The position numbers and the translations under genes were made by a program. Below the pieces are notes generated by a model. That model worked only from the letters and a program-made list of their open reading frames with translations, was not told where the DNA came from and did no database searches. A stretch of DNA of 64,000 nucleotides. It comes from Candidatus Zhuqueibacterota bacterium. Lineage in GTDB: Bacteria > Zhuqueibacterota > Zhuqueibacteria > Thermofontimicrobiales > Thermofontimicrobiaceae. Where the stretch lies: assembly GCA_049322915.1 (NCBI GenBank), contig JBMOPW010000045.1, positions 8,106-72,105 of the forward strand, in the 5' to 3' direction. Shown here piece by piece: positions 49,070-64,000 of the stretch (within the stretch, counting starts at the first letter, position 1; every line of letters starts with the position of its first letter).

Positions 49070-52000
49070 TTAGCTGCTCCTTAATTCGTCATTTTTCCTG
49101 TCGCTGATGAACATGTGCCCCGGCGAATGACTGATGAAAAAATCGAGTCGGGCGCCGGCCGCTGCCAGTTGCGACGTGACGCCGCACGCCCAGAACACCG
49201 GCACTTCGTCTCTGGCAATGGGCACGGCATCCCCGAACGTGGGTCGATGGATGTCGTTAATGCCCAGTTCCCCGGGCCGGGTGATCAGGGTTTTAAAATT
49301 TTCCGGCTGTCGGCACAGCGGGGTTCCGTGTACCGACGGGTAACTGGCTGTGATGTGAAACGCCTGTCTGGCCTGTTTCATGGTCATGGGGCGCATGCTC
49401 ACCACCATTTTTCCGCGAAACGGTCCTGCGGACTGGCAACGAATATTCGTCGTGTACATGGGCACATTTTTATGCAATTCCACGTGCCGAACCGGGATGC
49501 CGGCCTGAATCAGCGCGGCTTCAAAGGTGAAGCTGCATCCCAATAAGAACGCGACCAGGTCCTCGGACCAGTATTCGCGGATATGCAACACATCGCGATG
49601 CCGGGAACTCTTCGCATGAATTCGATACTGCGGGATGTCCGTTCGGATGTCCGCGCCGGGCGCTAAAAAGCGGCTCAGCGGGTCGCCGGGAGCGAGCCTT
49701 TCCAGCAGCGGGCATGGCCTGGGATTGAGGCGGCAGAACTGTTCGAAGTCGGCAGCGTACTGTTTCGGCAGCACCAGCAGATTCATCTGCGCGTGCCCGG
49801 CGCACAGACCGGCGGTCGGCTGCTGCCAGCGCTCCAATCGGATGAGTCGCCGCATTTCGCCGGGGGGCATGATGGCTAATTCATCGTCGGTCAGGTTATA
49901 GCCGCCTCCTCCCGGCGTTTCGATGGAGACGGTATCGCCGGCCTGGCCGCGCAACTGCACCTTGCCGGCCAATGGGACCTGCCGGCCATCCGGCTTCAGC
50001 AGCACATTGCGGCCGGGCGCGCCGCTCTCAGCGCCATGCAGTCCGTAGGGCGCAAACTTGCGTCGTTCGGTGAGCAATGAAATGAGCCGGGATTCATGAA
50101 ATTTAATCTGACGCACCACGCCATTCCCGCCGCAATAATGGCCTTTGCCCCCGCTGTTCGGACGGATGGCGAATTTTTGTACGGAAATTTCAGGGTAGCG
50201 GTGTTCCATCACTTCCGGGTCGGTGATGCGCGTATTGGTCATGTGCGTGTGCACTGCATCCGCGCCATCGAAATGAGCGCCGGCGCCGGCCCCACCGGCG
50301 ATGGTTTCGTAATAGCCAAATCCCTGCTCGCCGAACGTGAAATTGTTCATCGTCCCCTGGGAGGCGGCTGCTTTTTGAAGCGCCAGAAAAAGCACATCCA
50401 CAATTCGCTGGGATGTTTCCACATTGCCTCCGGCCACGGCTGCGCCGGGTCTGGGATTCAGCACCGAGCCGTGAGGAATGTTAATTTTCAACGGCTTGAA
50501 ACAACCGGCATTGAGCGGCACATTGTCCTCGATGAGCGTGCGGAACACATAGAGAATGGCGGATCGAACCACTGCCTGCGGCGCGTTGAGATTGGTGGAG
50601 GTTTGCGGCGATGTGTCCGTGAAATCGATTTCAGCGGCGTTGCCGTGGATGTGAATCGCCACGCGCAATTGCGTGCCATCATCCAGAGAGTCTGTTGCCT
50701 GGTGAACTCCGTCCGGCAATTGGGCGATGGCGTTCCGCATGGCTTTTTCCGCATTGTCCTGCACATATTGCATGTACGCCTGAACAACCTCGAGCCCGTA
50801 TTCGCGGATCAATTTCTTCAACTCCTGCACACCTCGGACATTGGCCGCCACTTGCGCCCGCAAATCGGACAATCGCTCGGCTATATTCCGCGCCGGGTAT
50901 GGACCGGTTGACAGCGCGCGCGTAATGCCCGATTCATCAAAGACGCCGCCGGCAACCAGCTTGAAATTGGTGATGACCACCCCCTCTTCTGCGAGGCAGG
51001 TTGAAAATGGCGGCATGGAACCGGGCGTAATTCCGCCGATATCGGCATGGTGCCCGCGACTGGCCACGCAAAAAATCAGTTGCCTTAGTTCATCAAAAAC
51101 CGGGGTCACAACGGTCACGTCCGGCAGATGCGAACCGCCGTGATACGGATCGTTTGTGACGAATACATCGCCCGGCGCCAGGGTGTTTTTATTTTGCTCA
51201 ATGATGAACGCCACGGATTCGCCCATGGCGCCCAGATGCACCGGGATGTGCGGTGCATTGGCCACCAGCCCACCGCCGGGATCGAACAAGGCGCAACTGA
51301 AATCGAGGCGCTCTTTGATATTCACTGAAAATGCAGTTCGTTGAAGCGCGCGCCCCATCTGTTCGGCGATGCTCATGAACAGATTATTGAAAATTTCCAG
51401 CATCACCGGATCGCGCTGAATCCCGATGCGCCGTTGTTTCATCGAACTGGCATCGTGTTCGAGGAGGATATGCCCCCGCGAATTGACGCGCGCTTTGAAA
51501 TCCGGCTCAACAAGGATGGTCGAATTGGGCTCCACAATGACTGCTGGCCCAGCCAGCTCGTCCCCTGGTTTTAGCTGATCGCGCATGAACACCGGGGTCT
51601 GGTGATTCCAACCATCTTCAAAATACACTTTATGAAATTGGGCCGCATCGGGTGCGGTGAGCACGCGAGGGATGCAGACCGATTCCGCTTCTTCCGGCTT
51701 CGGTTGAACGCCAATGACTTCGCTGCGGATGTTCACAATTTCCAGGTCCGAATCTGTTCGGAAACCATAATGCCGCTCGTACTGTTCAAAAAATCGCGCC
51801 AGGCAGGATTCGTAGGAATCGAACAGGACGGTCTCCGCGGTGTCCGTTCCCAACGGTCGAATATCGAGATAGCGCCGGATGTGTATCTGGTCGGAAGAAA
51901 TTCCCTCAGCGCAAACCTGGTCGCGCAGCGGTTGTTCCATCGCTTCGAACATCGGCAGCAGCGCGGCCATATTCCCGGCTGAACAGGTGAGAAGAACAGA

Positions 52001-53497
52001 GGCGGTCGTCTCGTGAACGATGTCGGCCAGAATCATGCCGTAAGCGGAGAGCACCCCGGCGAATGGGTGGAGCAGGATGGATTTAATTCCGAGCGACCGG
52101 GCGATGGAACAGGCGTGTTGCGCGCCGGCGCCGCCGAAGCAGACAAGCGTGTATTCCTGAATATTGAAGCCGCGCGCCACGGAAATTTCTTTGATGGGCT
52201 TGCACATATTCTCATTGGCGATGCGAATGAAGCCCAGGGCAACCTGCTCCGGCGAATTGACCAGGCCGATCTTTCTCAAAATATCCTGGCTGAATTCCCG
52301 AAATTTGGTCAAGACAATATCGCCATCCAGCGGCAAATTGTGGTCTGGTCCGAAGACCGCCGGAAAGAATTCAGGGATAATGCGGCCCAACAGAAGATTG
52401 GCGTCAGTGATGGCCAGTGGCCCGCCGTTGCGATAACATGCCGGGCCCGGCGATGCCCCGGCGCTATCCGGGCCAACGGACAGTTTCAGTCCATCAAAAT
52501 GAAGGATCGAGCCGCCGCCTGCGGCCACGGTAATCACATGAATCATCGGCGATTGAATGCGGACGCCGGCCGTTTCCGACTCGTACACTTTCTCGACGTG
52601 GCCATTTTCGAAGCGCGAGACATCCGTGGATGTGCCGCCCATATCAAATCCGATGGCCTTTTCAATGCCGAGCGTTTTAGCGATGTGAGCGTACCCGATC
52701 ACGCCGCCGGCCGGGCCGGAAATAATTGCATCCTTCGCAGTGAAGGAATCGGCGGCGATGAGGCCCCCGCTGGACTTCATAAATTTTAATGGAATAGTCC
52801 CGGTGTGCCGGCGAATGTGTCCGATATATTTTTGCAGGATTGGATTCAAGTAGGCATCGACGGTGGCGGTGTCCCCGCGACAGACAATCTTCTGCACGCG
52901 CATGGTTTCCGAAGAGACAGAAATTTGTTCGAAACCGATTTGCCGCGCAACGTGAGCAACCTGTTTTTCGTTAGCATCATTTCGATATGAGTTGAGAAAG
53001 ACAATGGCCAGCGAGGAGTAGCCCTCAGCGAAGACGTCGCGCAGTTGGCGTTCAATTTCCGCCTCGTCCGGGCGAGTCAGGATATTGCCGCGACAGTCTG
53101 TTCGCTCGTCAACTTCAATAACGCGCTGGTACAGGAGGCCTGGCTTACGGATGTTCAACTCGAATAATTTGGGTCGCGATTGGTATCCAATGGCAAGGAT
53201 GTCGCGGAATCCACGGGTTGTCACAAGGCAGACTGGAACGCCTTTTCGTTCCAGCAGCGCGTTTGTAGCGACAGTCGTGCCCATTCGAATGGAGTCGATG
53301 GACTGATTCGAAATGCATTCCTGCCGGGAGAGATTCAAAAGGAGGTAGAGCGCATGAATGGCAGCATCGTCATATTCCCCGGGATTTTCAGAGAGAAGTT
53401 TGCATGTGATAATTTCTCCGCTGGGGGATTTCGCAACAACATCGGTGAAGGTGCCGCCACGATCCATTCCGAAGAGCCATTGATTCTGTTTTTGCAT
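49070..53497 (-). CDS. 5-oxoprolinase (hydantoinase A+B fused) with C-terminal DUF1445 (D-glutamate cyclase-like) domain
   Basis: [53 protein letters not shown]; then [47 protein letters not shown] and H.PGHMF.SD. Confidence 0.9.
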   Translation of the reverse strand: MQKQNQWLFGMDRGGTFTDVVAKSPSGEIITCKLLSENPGEYDDAAIHALYLLLNLSRQECISNQSIDSIRMGTTVATNALLERKGVPVCLVTTRGFRDILAIGYQSRPKLFELNIRKPGLLYQRVIEVDERTDCRGNILTRPDEAEIERQLRDVFAEGYSSLAIVFLNSYRNDANEKQVAHVARQIGFEQISVSSETMRVQKIVCRGDTATVDAYLNPILQKYIGHIRRHTGTIPLKFMKSSGGLIAADSFTAKDAIISGPAGGVIGYAHIAKTLGIEKAIGFDMGGTSTDVSRFENGHVEKVYESETAGVRIQSPMIHVITVAAGGGSILHFDGLKLSVGPDSAGASPGPACYRNGGPLAITDANLLLGRIIPEFFPAVFGPDHNLPLDGDIVLTKFREFSQDILRKIGLVNSPEQVALGFIRIANENMCKPIKEISVARGFNIQEYTLVCFGGAGAQHACSIARSLGIKSILLHPFAGVLSAYGMILADIVHETTASVLLTCSAGNMAALLPMFEAMEQPLRDQVCAEGISSDQIHIRRYLDIRPLGTDTAETVLFDSYESCLARFFEQYERHYGFRTDSDLEIVNIRSEVIGVQPKPEEAESVCIPRVLTAPDAAQFHKVYFEDGWNHQTPVFMRDQLKPGDELAGPAVIVEPNSTILVEPDFKARVNSRGHILLEHDASSMKQRRIGIQRDPVMLEIFNNLFMSIAEQMGRALQRTAFSVNIKERLDFSCALFDPGGGLVANAPHIPVHLGAMGESVAFIIEQNKNTLAPGDVFVTNDPYHGGSHLPDVTVVTPVFDELRQLIFCVASRGHHADIGGITPGSMPPFSTCLAEEGVVITNFKLVAGGVFDESGITRALSTGPYPARNIAERLSDLRAQVAANVRGVQELKKLIREYGLEVVQAYMQYVQDNAEKAMRNAIAQLPDGVHQATDSLDDGTQLRVAIHIHGNAAEIDFTDTSPQTSTNLNAPQAVVRSAILYVFRTLIEDNVPLNAGCFKPLKINIPHGSVLNPRPGAAVAGGNVETSQRIVDVLFLALQKAAASQGTMNNFTFGEQGFGYYETIAGGAGAGAHFDGADAVHTHMTNTRITDPEVMEHRYPEISVQKFAIRPNSGGKGHYCGGNGVVRQIKFHESRLISLLTERRKFAPYGLHGAESGAPGRNVLLKPDGRQVPLAGKVQLRGQAGDTVSIETPGGGGYNLTDDELAIMPPGEMRRLIRLERWQQPTAGLCAGHAQMNLLVLPKQYAADFEQFCRLNPRPCPLLERLAPGDPLSRFLAPGADIRTDIPQYRIHAKSSRHRDVLHIREYWSEDLVAFLLGCSFTFEAALIQAGIPVRHVELHKNVPMYTTNIRCQSAGPFRGKMVVSMRPMTMKQARQAFHITASYPSVHGTPLCRQPENFKTLITRPGELGINDIHRPTFGDAVPIARDEVPVFWACGVTSQLAAAGARLDFFISHSPGHMFISDRKNDELRSS

Positions 53498-53602
53498 GGC
53501 GCCAATATAAAGAATTTATTCCGGAAAAACAAGAAAAGAGTTGTTATTTTTATCTGAATATTTTATATTTACAAGGCACTGTCTGATTAATCAAGCAAAG
53601 GA

Positions 53603-53800
53603 ATGTATATGAATTTTGAAATGAAAAAGAAATTTGATAAAAACAGTATTCGGGGAATTATTTACTCACTGATTTCTCTGGCTGGTTTGAGTTACGAGCT
53701 TTTTTTCTCTGTTCAGGTTCGGGCATTTTTGATCGTCATGTATAGTTTTACCCTGGCGATTGGATTGCTTTATTTGCTGTTCCTCAAGGAGCAACATTGA
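53603..53800 (+). CDS. Small two-TM membrane protein
   Basis: Two hydrophobic helices; upstream aagga RBS and TTGTTA-17-TATATT promoter-like element. Confidence 0.55.
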   Translation: MYMNFEMKKKFDKNSIRGIIYSLISLAGLSYELFFSVQVRAFLIVMYSFTLAIGLLYLLFLKEQH

Positions 53801-53816
53801 CACATGGAGAAAAGGT

Positions 53817-54953
53817 ATGCATAAAAGAAACATCTTTTTTTTGATGGGCCTGGTCGGTTTGTGGTTCATCCTGAGCCTGGGCTGCGCACAAGTCGAGATC
53901 ACCTCTGCGTTGATCTATCTGTCGCAGCCTGGATCTACGGATAAAGCAATGAAACAGTTGGAAATCGCCCTGGCAAAGGATTCGACCAATGCGGACGCTC
54001 ATTTATTGATGGGTGTCTGTTATGGCAATCTGAAGCAATTCTCCAGAATGAATGACGAATTCGACATAGTGACACGATTGTCCGCCAGTTCCAAAATCGA
54101 CAGCCAAAAATTTGCGGATAGAATAATGGGTTTTCGAGATGATTTTTGGCAACAGTATTTTGACATTGGCCTGGAATTGATATCCTCGAAAATGATGGCC
54201 AATGCTGAAATTGCCTTTTGGAATTGCACACTCATTGATTCCACTCGTCCGGAAGCGTATATCAACCTGGCAATTATCGAGGAGGAAAATGATAATTTTG
54301 AAGCATCCCTGAAGCATTATGAGATTGCCTTTAAAAATAACAAAGAGAATGTGGATCTGGCGTTTTACATTGCATCGTTATACTCCCGGGGAAAAAAGTA
54401 TGATAAGCTCCTGGATATTATGGATCAGTTATTGAAGATAGAGCCAAAAAATTCAGAAGCATTGGCTCAAAAAGCGATTGCTCATGATTGCCTGGGCGAT
54501 ATCGAACAGGCCATTTCATCGTATGAAAAAGCAATCGTATATTTACCGAACGATTCGGAATTGTTGTACAATTTAGGACGGTTGCACTTTTTGAATGAGC
54601 ACTATGAAAACGCAGTGGCGGTGCTAAATAAAGTGTGGGAGTTGGATTCAACCGATGTCCAAACCAGCTACCTACTGGGAATTTCCAGCCTCAATCTCGG
54701 CGAAATAGCATTGCAGCAAATGAGCGAAAACGACTCGTTGGCCTCATGTGTGGATGTCCAGACTGATTCTATTTTGGTGGAGCGCGCGACATCTCATTTC
54801 ACGGACTCGGTTTATTTTCTGAAAAAATCGGCGCAAATGGATCCTGGCAATGCCGATGTGTGGAATCACCTTGGGGTAGCCTATTTGTATATCGGAGCGA
54901 AACGAGAGGCCGAAGAAGCATTCGCACGCGAGAAGGCTTTGGAGAAAAATTAA
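53817..54953 (+). CDS. TPR-repeat lipoprotein
   Basis: Signal peptide with SLGC lipobox; multiple TPR units (AHLLMG, AYINLA, LYNLG, VWNHLG). Confidence 0.85.
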   Translation: MHKRNIFFLMGLVGLWFILSLGCAQVEITSALIYLSQPGSTDKAMKQLEIALAKDSTNADAHLLMGVCYGNLKQFSRMNDEFDIVTRLSASSKIDSQKFADRIMGFRDDFWQQYFDIGLELISSKMMANAEIAFWNCTLIDSTRPEAYINLAIIEEENDNFEASLKHYEIAFKNNKENVDLAFYIASLYSRGKKYDKLLDIMDQLLKIEPKNSEALAQKAIAHDCLGDIEQAISSYEKAIVYLPNDSELLYNLGRLHFLNEHYENAVAVLNKVWELDSTDVQTSYLLGISSLNLGEIALQQMSENDSLASCVDVQTDSILVERATSHFTDSVYFLKKSAQMDPGNADVWNHLGVAYLYIGAKREAEEAFAREKALEKN

Positions 54954-54995
54954 CCATTACGCATTCATAATTCCAATCTAAAATCGAGAGGTGAA

Positions 54996-56135
54996 ATGAA
55001 CAAAATTGCAGTCAGCTTTTTTCTCATATTCGCCACCTTGATTTTCGCCCAAAACGCGTGGAAAGGCAGCGTTGAATTCAAAGACGGCATCACCTGTGTC
55101 CACAATCCCATACAGGGCATGTGGGATAATGATCCATCCAAAAAACTGACGCTCGAACAAATATTTTCTGTGGGAAGTTTGAACGCGGACGATGACTACC
55201 TGTTTTCGTGGGTGCAGGACATCACGACCGATTCGGCAGGAACCATTTACGTCTGCGATTCCCAGGAGCACCGCATTCAGGTGTATAATAAATCAGGAGA
55301 ATATATACGGACAATCGGGCGCCAAGGCCAGGGCCCGGGAGACCTGATGCGGCCAATGGCAGTACGCGTCGGACCCGATGGCCGTATATATGTCCAGGAT
55401 GATTTGAATTATCGGGTTTCCATCTTTAAATCCAACGGCAAGTTTGATCACAGTTTTCGGTATGAACGTTTTGCTGGTGCAAATTTGGAAATTGATCCTG
55501 ATGGAAATGTGCTGCTGAGCATGTTTGGAGAAAACAAAGAAAATAACGCCCCTCCAATTGTTACAGGATATAATTTAAAAGGAAAGACTGTCAGGCAGTT
55601 CGGCGAGCCGCTGTTGTTGCTAGAAAAGGATGGTTATGGGAAACCATACTACGACTCTAACGGTTTCACATTCCTGAAGGATGGAGTTTTACTGGTCGAA
55701 TTCAATTCTTCATATATACTGCATTTTTATCTGAATCAAAAACTAATAAAGGTTGTTGATAGGAAAAGTGATATTTTCACAAAGCCAGAAATTATCGAAA
55801 CAATTTTTAAGGCAAGTACAGGGGAAGGTAGTAAGGTGAAATCAGTATTAGCACGAAGCAGAATTTGGAAAGCTTTCCCATTGCCTTCTGGCCGATTAGC
55901 TGTTTTTATTCAGGACAGGGGAAAAGATTTTAAAGATAAGACAATTGGCGGTCGCGATTTTGAAACCGTAGTTGATATCTTCGATGATAGTGGTAAATTC
56001 CTGAAAAGCTATGCCTGGGATTGGTTGAATCTTGGAATTATAGAGCATGTGGATCAAGAGGGCTATTTTTACACGAATCGCGGGGATTCCGAAATTGTTC
56101 CCGGCGTTACAAAATGGCGGGTAGCTATTGAATAG
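54996..56135 (+). CDS. Secreted six-bladed beta-propeller (NHL-like) protein
   Basis: Signal peptide IFA|Q; D..G.IYV.D...HRIQVY...G.YIRTIGR.GQGPG repeats. Confidence 0.85.
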   Translation: MNKIAVSFFLIFATLIFAQNAWKGSVEFKDGITCVHNPIQGMWDNDPSKKLTLEQIFSVGSLNADDDYLFSWVQDITTDSAGTIYVCDSQEHRIQVYNKSGEYIRTIGRQGQGPGDLMRPMAVRVGPDGRIYVQDDLNYRVSIFKSNGKFDHSFRYERFAGANLEIDPDGNVLLSMFGENKENNAPPIVTGYNLKGKTVRQFGEPLLLLEKDGYGKPYYDSNGFTFLKDGVLLVEFNSSYILHFYLNQKLIKVVDRKSDIFTKPEIIETIFKASTGEGSKVKSVLARSRIWKAFPLPSGRLAVFIQDRGKDFKDKTIGGRDFETVVDIFDDSGKFLKSYAWDWLNLGIIEHVDQEGYFYTNRGDSEIVPGVTKWRVAIE

Positions 56136-56161
56136 TTTGGTGTGGATAGCTGATGTGGAAT

Positions 56162-56192
56162 AAAAAAAGGCAGATGAGTTCTGCCTTTTTTT
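56162..56192. terminator. Bidirectional intrinsic terminator
   Basis: aaaaaaaggcaga-tgagt-tctgccttttttt between the convergent propeller gene and tRNA-Leu. Confidence 0.85.
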
Positions 56193-56193
56193 G

Positions 56194-56277
56194 TGCCGAA
56201 GGTGGGATTTGAACCCACACGGGCGCATGCCCACACGGCCCTGAACCGTGCGCGTCTGCCAGTTTCACCACTTCGGC
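56194..56277 (-). tRNA. tRNA-Leu (CAG), CCA not encoded
   Basis: GCCGAAGTGGTGAAACTGGCAGACGCGCACGGTTCAGGGCCGTG...GGTTCAAATCCCACCTTCGGCA, with a long variable arm. Confidence 0.96.
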
Positions 56278-56293
56278 GTTTTTTTGAAGTGCT

Positions 56294-56367
56294 AATGTAA
56301 CAATAAAAATAAAAAAAGTCAAGCAATTTGTTTTGCTCTTGACTTTTGTCTAAAAATACCTTATTTT
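56294..56367. promoter_or_regulatory. Divergent sigma70 promoters for tRNA-Leu and smpB-tyrS
   Basis: Minus: TTGACT-17-TACATT (56322-56294). Plus: TTGACT-17-TATTTT (56339-56367). Confidence 0.6.
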
Positions 56368-56515
56368 TGCCAGTATTTTTTTATAATAAAATTAAAGAAT
56401 TATCTTCATAATAGAAGGACCGTTCCGTTAGACTTATTGTAAACCTGGGCTTAGAATTTATAGTAAAGCCTGTTGAAACATAACTCATCAGTAAAGTGAC
56501 GATATTATTTTTGCT

Positions 56516-56983
56516 ATGGCAGAAAAAACTGTTATCACAAATAAGAAAGCGCGATTCCTTTATGAAATCATCGAAGTGATTGAAGCCGGCATCGTATTAG
56601 TCGGCACAGAAGTGAAGTCGCTTCGTTCAGGAAAAGGAAATATCAAAGATAGCTATGCAACTATTATTGATAGTGAGTTGATTTTGCACAAAATGCATAT
56701 CAGCCCATACGAGCAGGGGAATATATTCAATCATGAGCCTGAACGATCGAGGAAATTGCTGGTACATAGACAGGAAATTAAGCGTCTCACCGGGAAGGTT
56801 GTAGAGAAAGGGATGACGTTAGTTCCACTCCGAATATATTTCAAAAATGGTCGCGCAAAAGTTGAATTGGGTTTAGCCCGTGGAAAATCCACAGTGGATC
56901 GCAGAGATGATATTGCCAGACGGGATGAACAGCGCATGGTTGAACGTGAATTTAAACAAAAAGGAAAATTCCGAATTAAATAA
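56516..56983 (+). CDS. smpB: SsrA-binding protein
   Basis: NKKARF.Y, EAGIVLVGTEVKSLR, NHEP.R.RKLL and GMTLVPL. Confidence 0.97.
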   Translation: MAEKTVITNKKARFLYEIIEVIEAGIVLVGTEVKSLRSGKGNIKDSYATIIDSELILHKMHISPYEQGNIFNHEPERSRKLLVHRQEIKRLTGKVVEKGMTLVPLRIYFKNGRAKVELGLARGKSTVDRRDDIARRDEQRMVEREFKQKGKFRIK

Positions 56984-56989
56984 TAATTT

Positions 56990-58237
56990 GTGGAGTGTGA
57001 ATTGGAAGCTAAAAGTGTGCTTGATGTTTTGAAGGAGCGTGGATTTGTCCAGCAAATAACCGATGAAGAAAATTTGCCTGGTATACTCGCTGGTGAAAAA
57101 GTCGCTGTGTATATAGGCTTTGACCCAACTGCTGACAGCTTACATATCGGAAGTTTAATACCAATTATGTCGTTGATGCACATGCAGCAACATGGTCACT
57201 TACCGATTGTGGTACTCGGTGGCGGGACTGCAATGGTTGGGGATCCCAGCGGCAAGACGGAAATGCGTAAGATGCTTTATCGGGATCAGATCAACATTCA
57301 CGGTGAGATGTTCAAAAAGCAGCTCAACCGCTATCTTCATTTTGATGAGGGAAAAGCTGTCGCAGTGAACAACGTCGACTGGCTCATCGGTTTGAATTAT
57401 ATTGATTTTTTGAGAGATATTGGAAGGCATTTCAGTGTGAACCGTATGTTGACTGCGGAAGCATATAAAATACGACTTGAGACGGGATTATCCTTCCTGG
57501 AATTTAATTACCAACTCCTCCAAGCTTATGATTTTTTGATGCTTTATAAGCAGCATGCCTGCAAGCTTCAGATGGGTGGTGATGACCAATGGGGCAACAT
57601 CGTCGCCGGAATTGATCTGATTCGTCGCGTTGAAGGTGGTCAGGCGTATGGAATAACATTTCCACTATTGCAAACTGCCACTGGTCAAAAAATGGGAAAG
57701 ACGGTGAAAGGGGCCATCTGGCTCGATGGAGATAAAACATCGCCATTTGAATTCTATCAGTATTGGATTAATGTGGATGATCGGGATGTGAAGCGATTTC
57801 TTGCATTTTTTACTTTACTGCCAATGGACGAAGTCGAAAGATTGGGAGCACTGCAAGGCGCTGATATCAGAGAGGCGAAAAAGGTGCTGGCATTTGAAGC
57901 TACTCAAATAACTCATGGAAAGCGCGAAGCTATCAAGGCTCAGGAAGCATCGAATTCAGCATTTGGCAATTGCCAGTATGGTCTTTCAGGAATACCTACA
58001 ACTGCCTTCTCAAAGATAGAATTAGAGAATGGAATCAACGTGGTTGATCTACTACTAAAAGTCAATCTTGTGGCTTCTAAAAGCGATGCGAGAAGACTGA
58101 TTCAGCAAGGTGGCTGTTACTTAAACGACGCAAGGGTAGAGTCAATAGAATTGCTTATTAATTTATCTAATTTGATAAACGAGACGATATTATTAAGAGC
58201 AGGAAAAAAGAAATACCATCGTATTACCGTTTCTTAA
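56990..58237 (+). CDS. tyrS: Tyrosine--tRNA ligase
   Basis: GFDPTADSLHIG, YQLLQAYDF, QMGGDDQWGNI, KMGKT and C-terminal S4 domain. Confidence 0.97.
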   Translation: MECELEAKSVLDVLKERGFVQQITDEENLPGILAGEKVAVYIGFDPTADSLHIGSLIPIMSLMHMQQHGHLPIVVLGGGTAMVGDPSGKTEMRKMLYRDQINIHGEMFKKQLNRYLHFDEGKAVAVNNVDWLIGLNYIDFLRDIGRHFSVNRMLTAEAYKIRLETGLSFLEFNYQLLQAYDFLMLYKQHACKLQMGGDDQWGNIVAGIDLIRRVEGGQAYGITFPLLQTATGQKMGKTVKGAIWLDGDKTSPFEFYQYWINVDDRDVKRFLAFFTLLPMDEVERLGALQGADIREAKKVLAFEATQITHGKREAIKAQEASNSAFGNCQYGLSGIPTTAFSKIELENGINVVDLLLKVNLVASKSDARRLIQQGGCYLNDARVESIELLINLSNLINETILLRAGKKKYHRITVS

Positions 58238-58280
58238 GCAATAATTATTATAGTCTTAGGAATGCTTATAAAAAAAAATA

Positions 58281-58496
58281 AAAAAAGCTTGACAATAACA
58301 AAAAAAATGCTAAATTATACGCTGCTATTTTAGAGAAGACATAGGGCAGTAATTCAAAGTAAAAATATTTTAAAAAAAGCTTGACAATAATAAAAAAAAT
58401 GTTATATTATACGCTGCTCAAATAGAAAACGAGCCAAGAAAAAAAACAAAATAATAAAAAATATTGCTTGACATTGAAAGAGAATTTTTGTATATT
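58281..58496 (+). promoter_or_regulatory. Three tandem rRNA promoters, the first two within a 46-bp direct repeat
   Basis: TTGACA-16-TAAATT (58289), TTGACA-16-TATATT (58381) and TTGACA-17-TATATT (58468), each with an upstream A tract. Confidence 0.8.
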
Positions 58497-58515
58497 TAAT
58501 TTTGCAGTGATAAAA

Positions 58516-58528
58516 AGTTCTTTGAAAA
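58516..58528 (+). promoter_or_regulatory. boxA antitermination element (second copy at 60591-60603)
   Basis: agttctttgaaaa in the leader and tgttctttgacaa in the 16S-23S spacer. Confidence 0.7.
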
Positions 58529-58590
58529 ATAGTAAAGCGTGCATGAGCCTTTGTCAATTGAGTAAGGATTTCTCGTAAGTTGAAAGAATT

Positions 58591-60146
<1,556 letters not shown>

Positions 60147-60358
60147 TGGAGAGTCGCTTCTTCTGAGAAACTGAAGAAGATGACAATGCCTTGCTCAATT
60201 TGGAGCATGCACGCTTTTTACTATTTGATCACCTCAGCTTCTGGGTCTATCGGGATCTGAGGTTTTTCGTCTAAAGTAGCAAAATTATAGGCCAATGACG
60301 AACGTTAGTTCAACGGTCGACATTTTGAGGCCTGTATTTATGGTACTAAATACATGCC

Positions 60359-60434
<76 letters not shown>

Positions 60435-60493
60435 CGAAGGCTCATTCGTTCTGGGCGCAAAACATCGGAGTTGACGAGTACCTGTTTTCCTAA

Positions 60494-60566
60494 GGGGCTG
60501 TAGCTCAGTTGGGAGAGCGCCGCCCTTGCAAGGCGGAGGTCGTCGGTTCGACCCCGATCAGCTCCA
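60494..60566 (+). tRNA. tRNA-Ala (TGC)
   Basis: GGGGCTGTAGCTCAG...CTTGCAAG...GGTTCGACCCCGATCAGCTCCA. Confidence 0.97.
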
Positions 60567-60699
60567 CAATGAATGAAAATGAATATAGAGTGTTCTTTGA
60601 CAATTTAATTTAAACGAGCCTAATTTTAGGATAAGTAGATATGATTAAAGGCTACAATATTATGAGCCTCTAACCATCTGCTGTCCATTAGAGGCTTTT

Positions 60700-63710
<3,011 letters not shown>

Positions 63711-63783
63711 GCCTCTGTGGCAGCAGATGGTTAGTGGCTTAAGTAGCCTTCACAAGACTCGTGTAACTTAAATTGAAATAAAA

Positions 63784-63901
<118 letters not shown>

Positions 63902-63910
63902 ATAATTATA

Positions 63911-63943
63911 AAAGCCTCACGTCTTCGGATGTGGGGCTTTTGT
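63911..63943 (+). terminator. rRNA operon terminator
   Basis: aaagcctcacgtc-ttcg-gatgtggggctttt. Confidence 0.85.
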
Positions 63944-64000
63944 ATTTATGAATAGCCGGATGCTGTGAAAATACTGTCCCGCAGCCGCGGGATGGGAGAG

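Noticed and set aside
56984..56989. T-box leader for tyrS, or tmRNA next to smpB
   Set aside because: Only 6 nt separate smpB and tyrS, and no tmRNA-like termini were seen in the window.

Overview
Bacterial chromosomal window, most likely from an FCB-group lineage such as KSB1 or Calditrichota-like. This is an inference from the many secreted proteins ending in a QNYPNPFN-type FlgD-Ig/T9SS-like domain, the smg-topA-xerC-hpf-hprK-PTS gene order and the look of the 16S gene. 1-16.4 kb is an accessory surface locus: an adenylate-forming enzyme, an acyl carrier protein, two related SGNH-like exported proteins, an AsnB-type amidotransferase, an atypical NadE-like enzyme, a TonB-dependent receptor, two cohesin/dockerin-type secreted paralogs and two FN3 secreted paralogs. 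16.9-38.2 kb is mostly minus-strand housekeeping: a large GH13, tRNA-Phe, PTS IIB/IIA, hprK, hpf, xerC, topA, smg, secA, a probable 6S-like RNA, nusB, ilvE, an MBL hydrolase, a PPIase, recJ, RNase P RNA and a zinc-ribbon protein. 38.9-47.8 kb holds a lipoprotein built only of 17 SH3b repeats, an isochorismatase, a methyltransferase, a Rad50/SbcC ATPase without adjacent SbcD but followed by a stand-alone Smr protein, and a small HTH gene with a sigma54-type promoter. 47.8-56.3 kb holds a Zn dehydrogenase, a 5-oxoprolinase fused to a DUF1445 domain, TPR and beta-propeller proteins, and tRNA-Leu. The window ends with smpB, tyrS and a complete rRNA operon (16S, tRNA-Ile, tRNA-Ala, 23S, 5S). The best candidate for an undescribed system is the ACP/adenylation/SGNH/dual-amidotransferase locus interleaved with secreted scaffold proteins. 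No CRISPR array or transposase was seen. All calls come from motif reading; no database searches were run.
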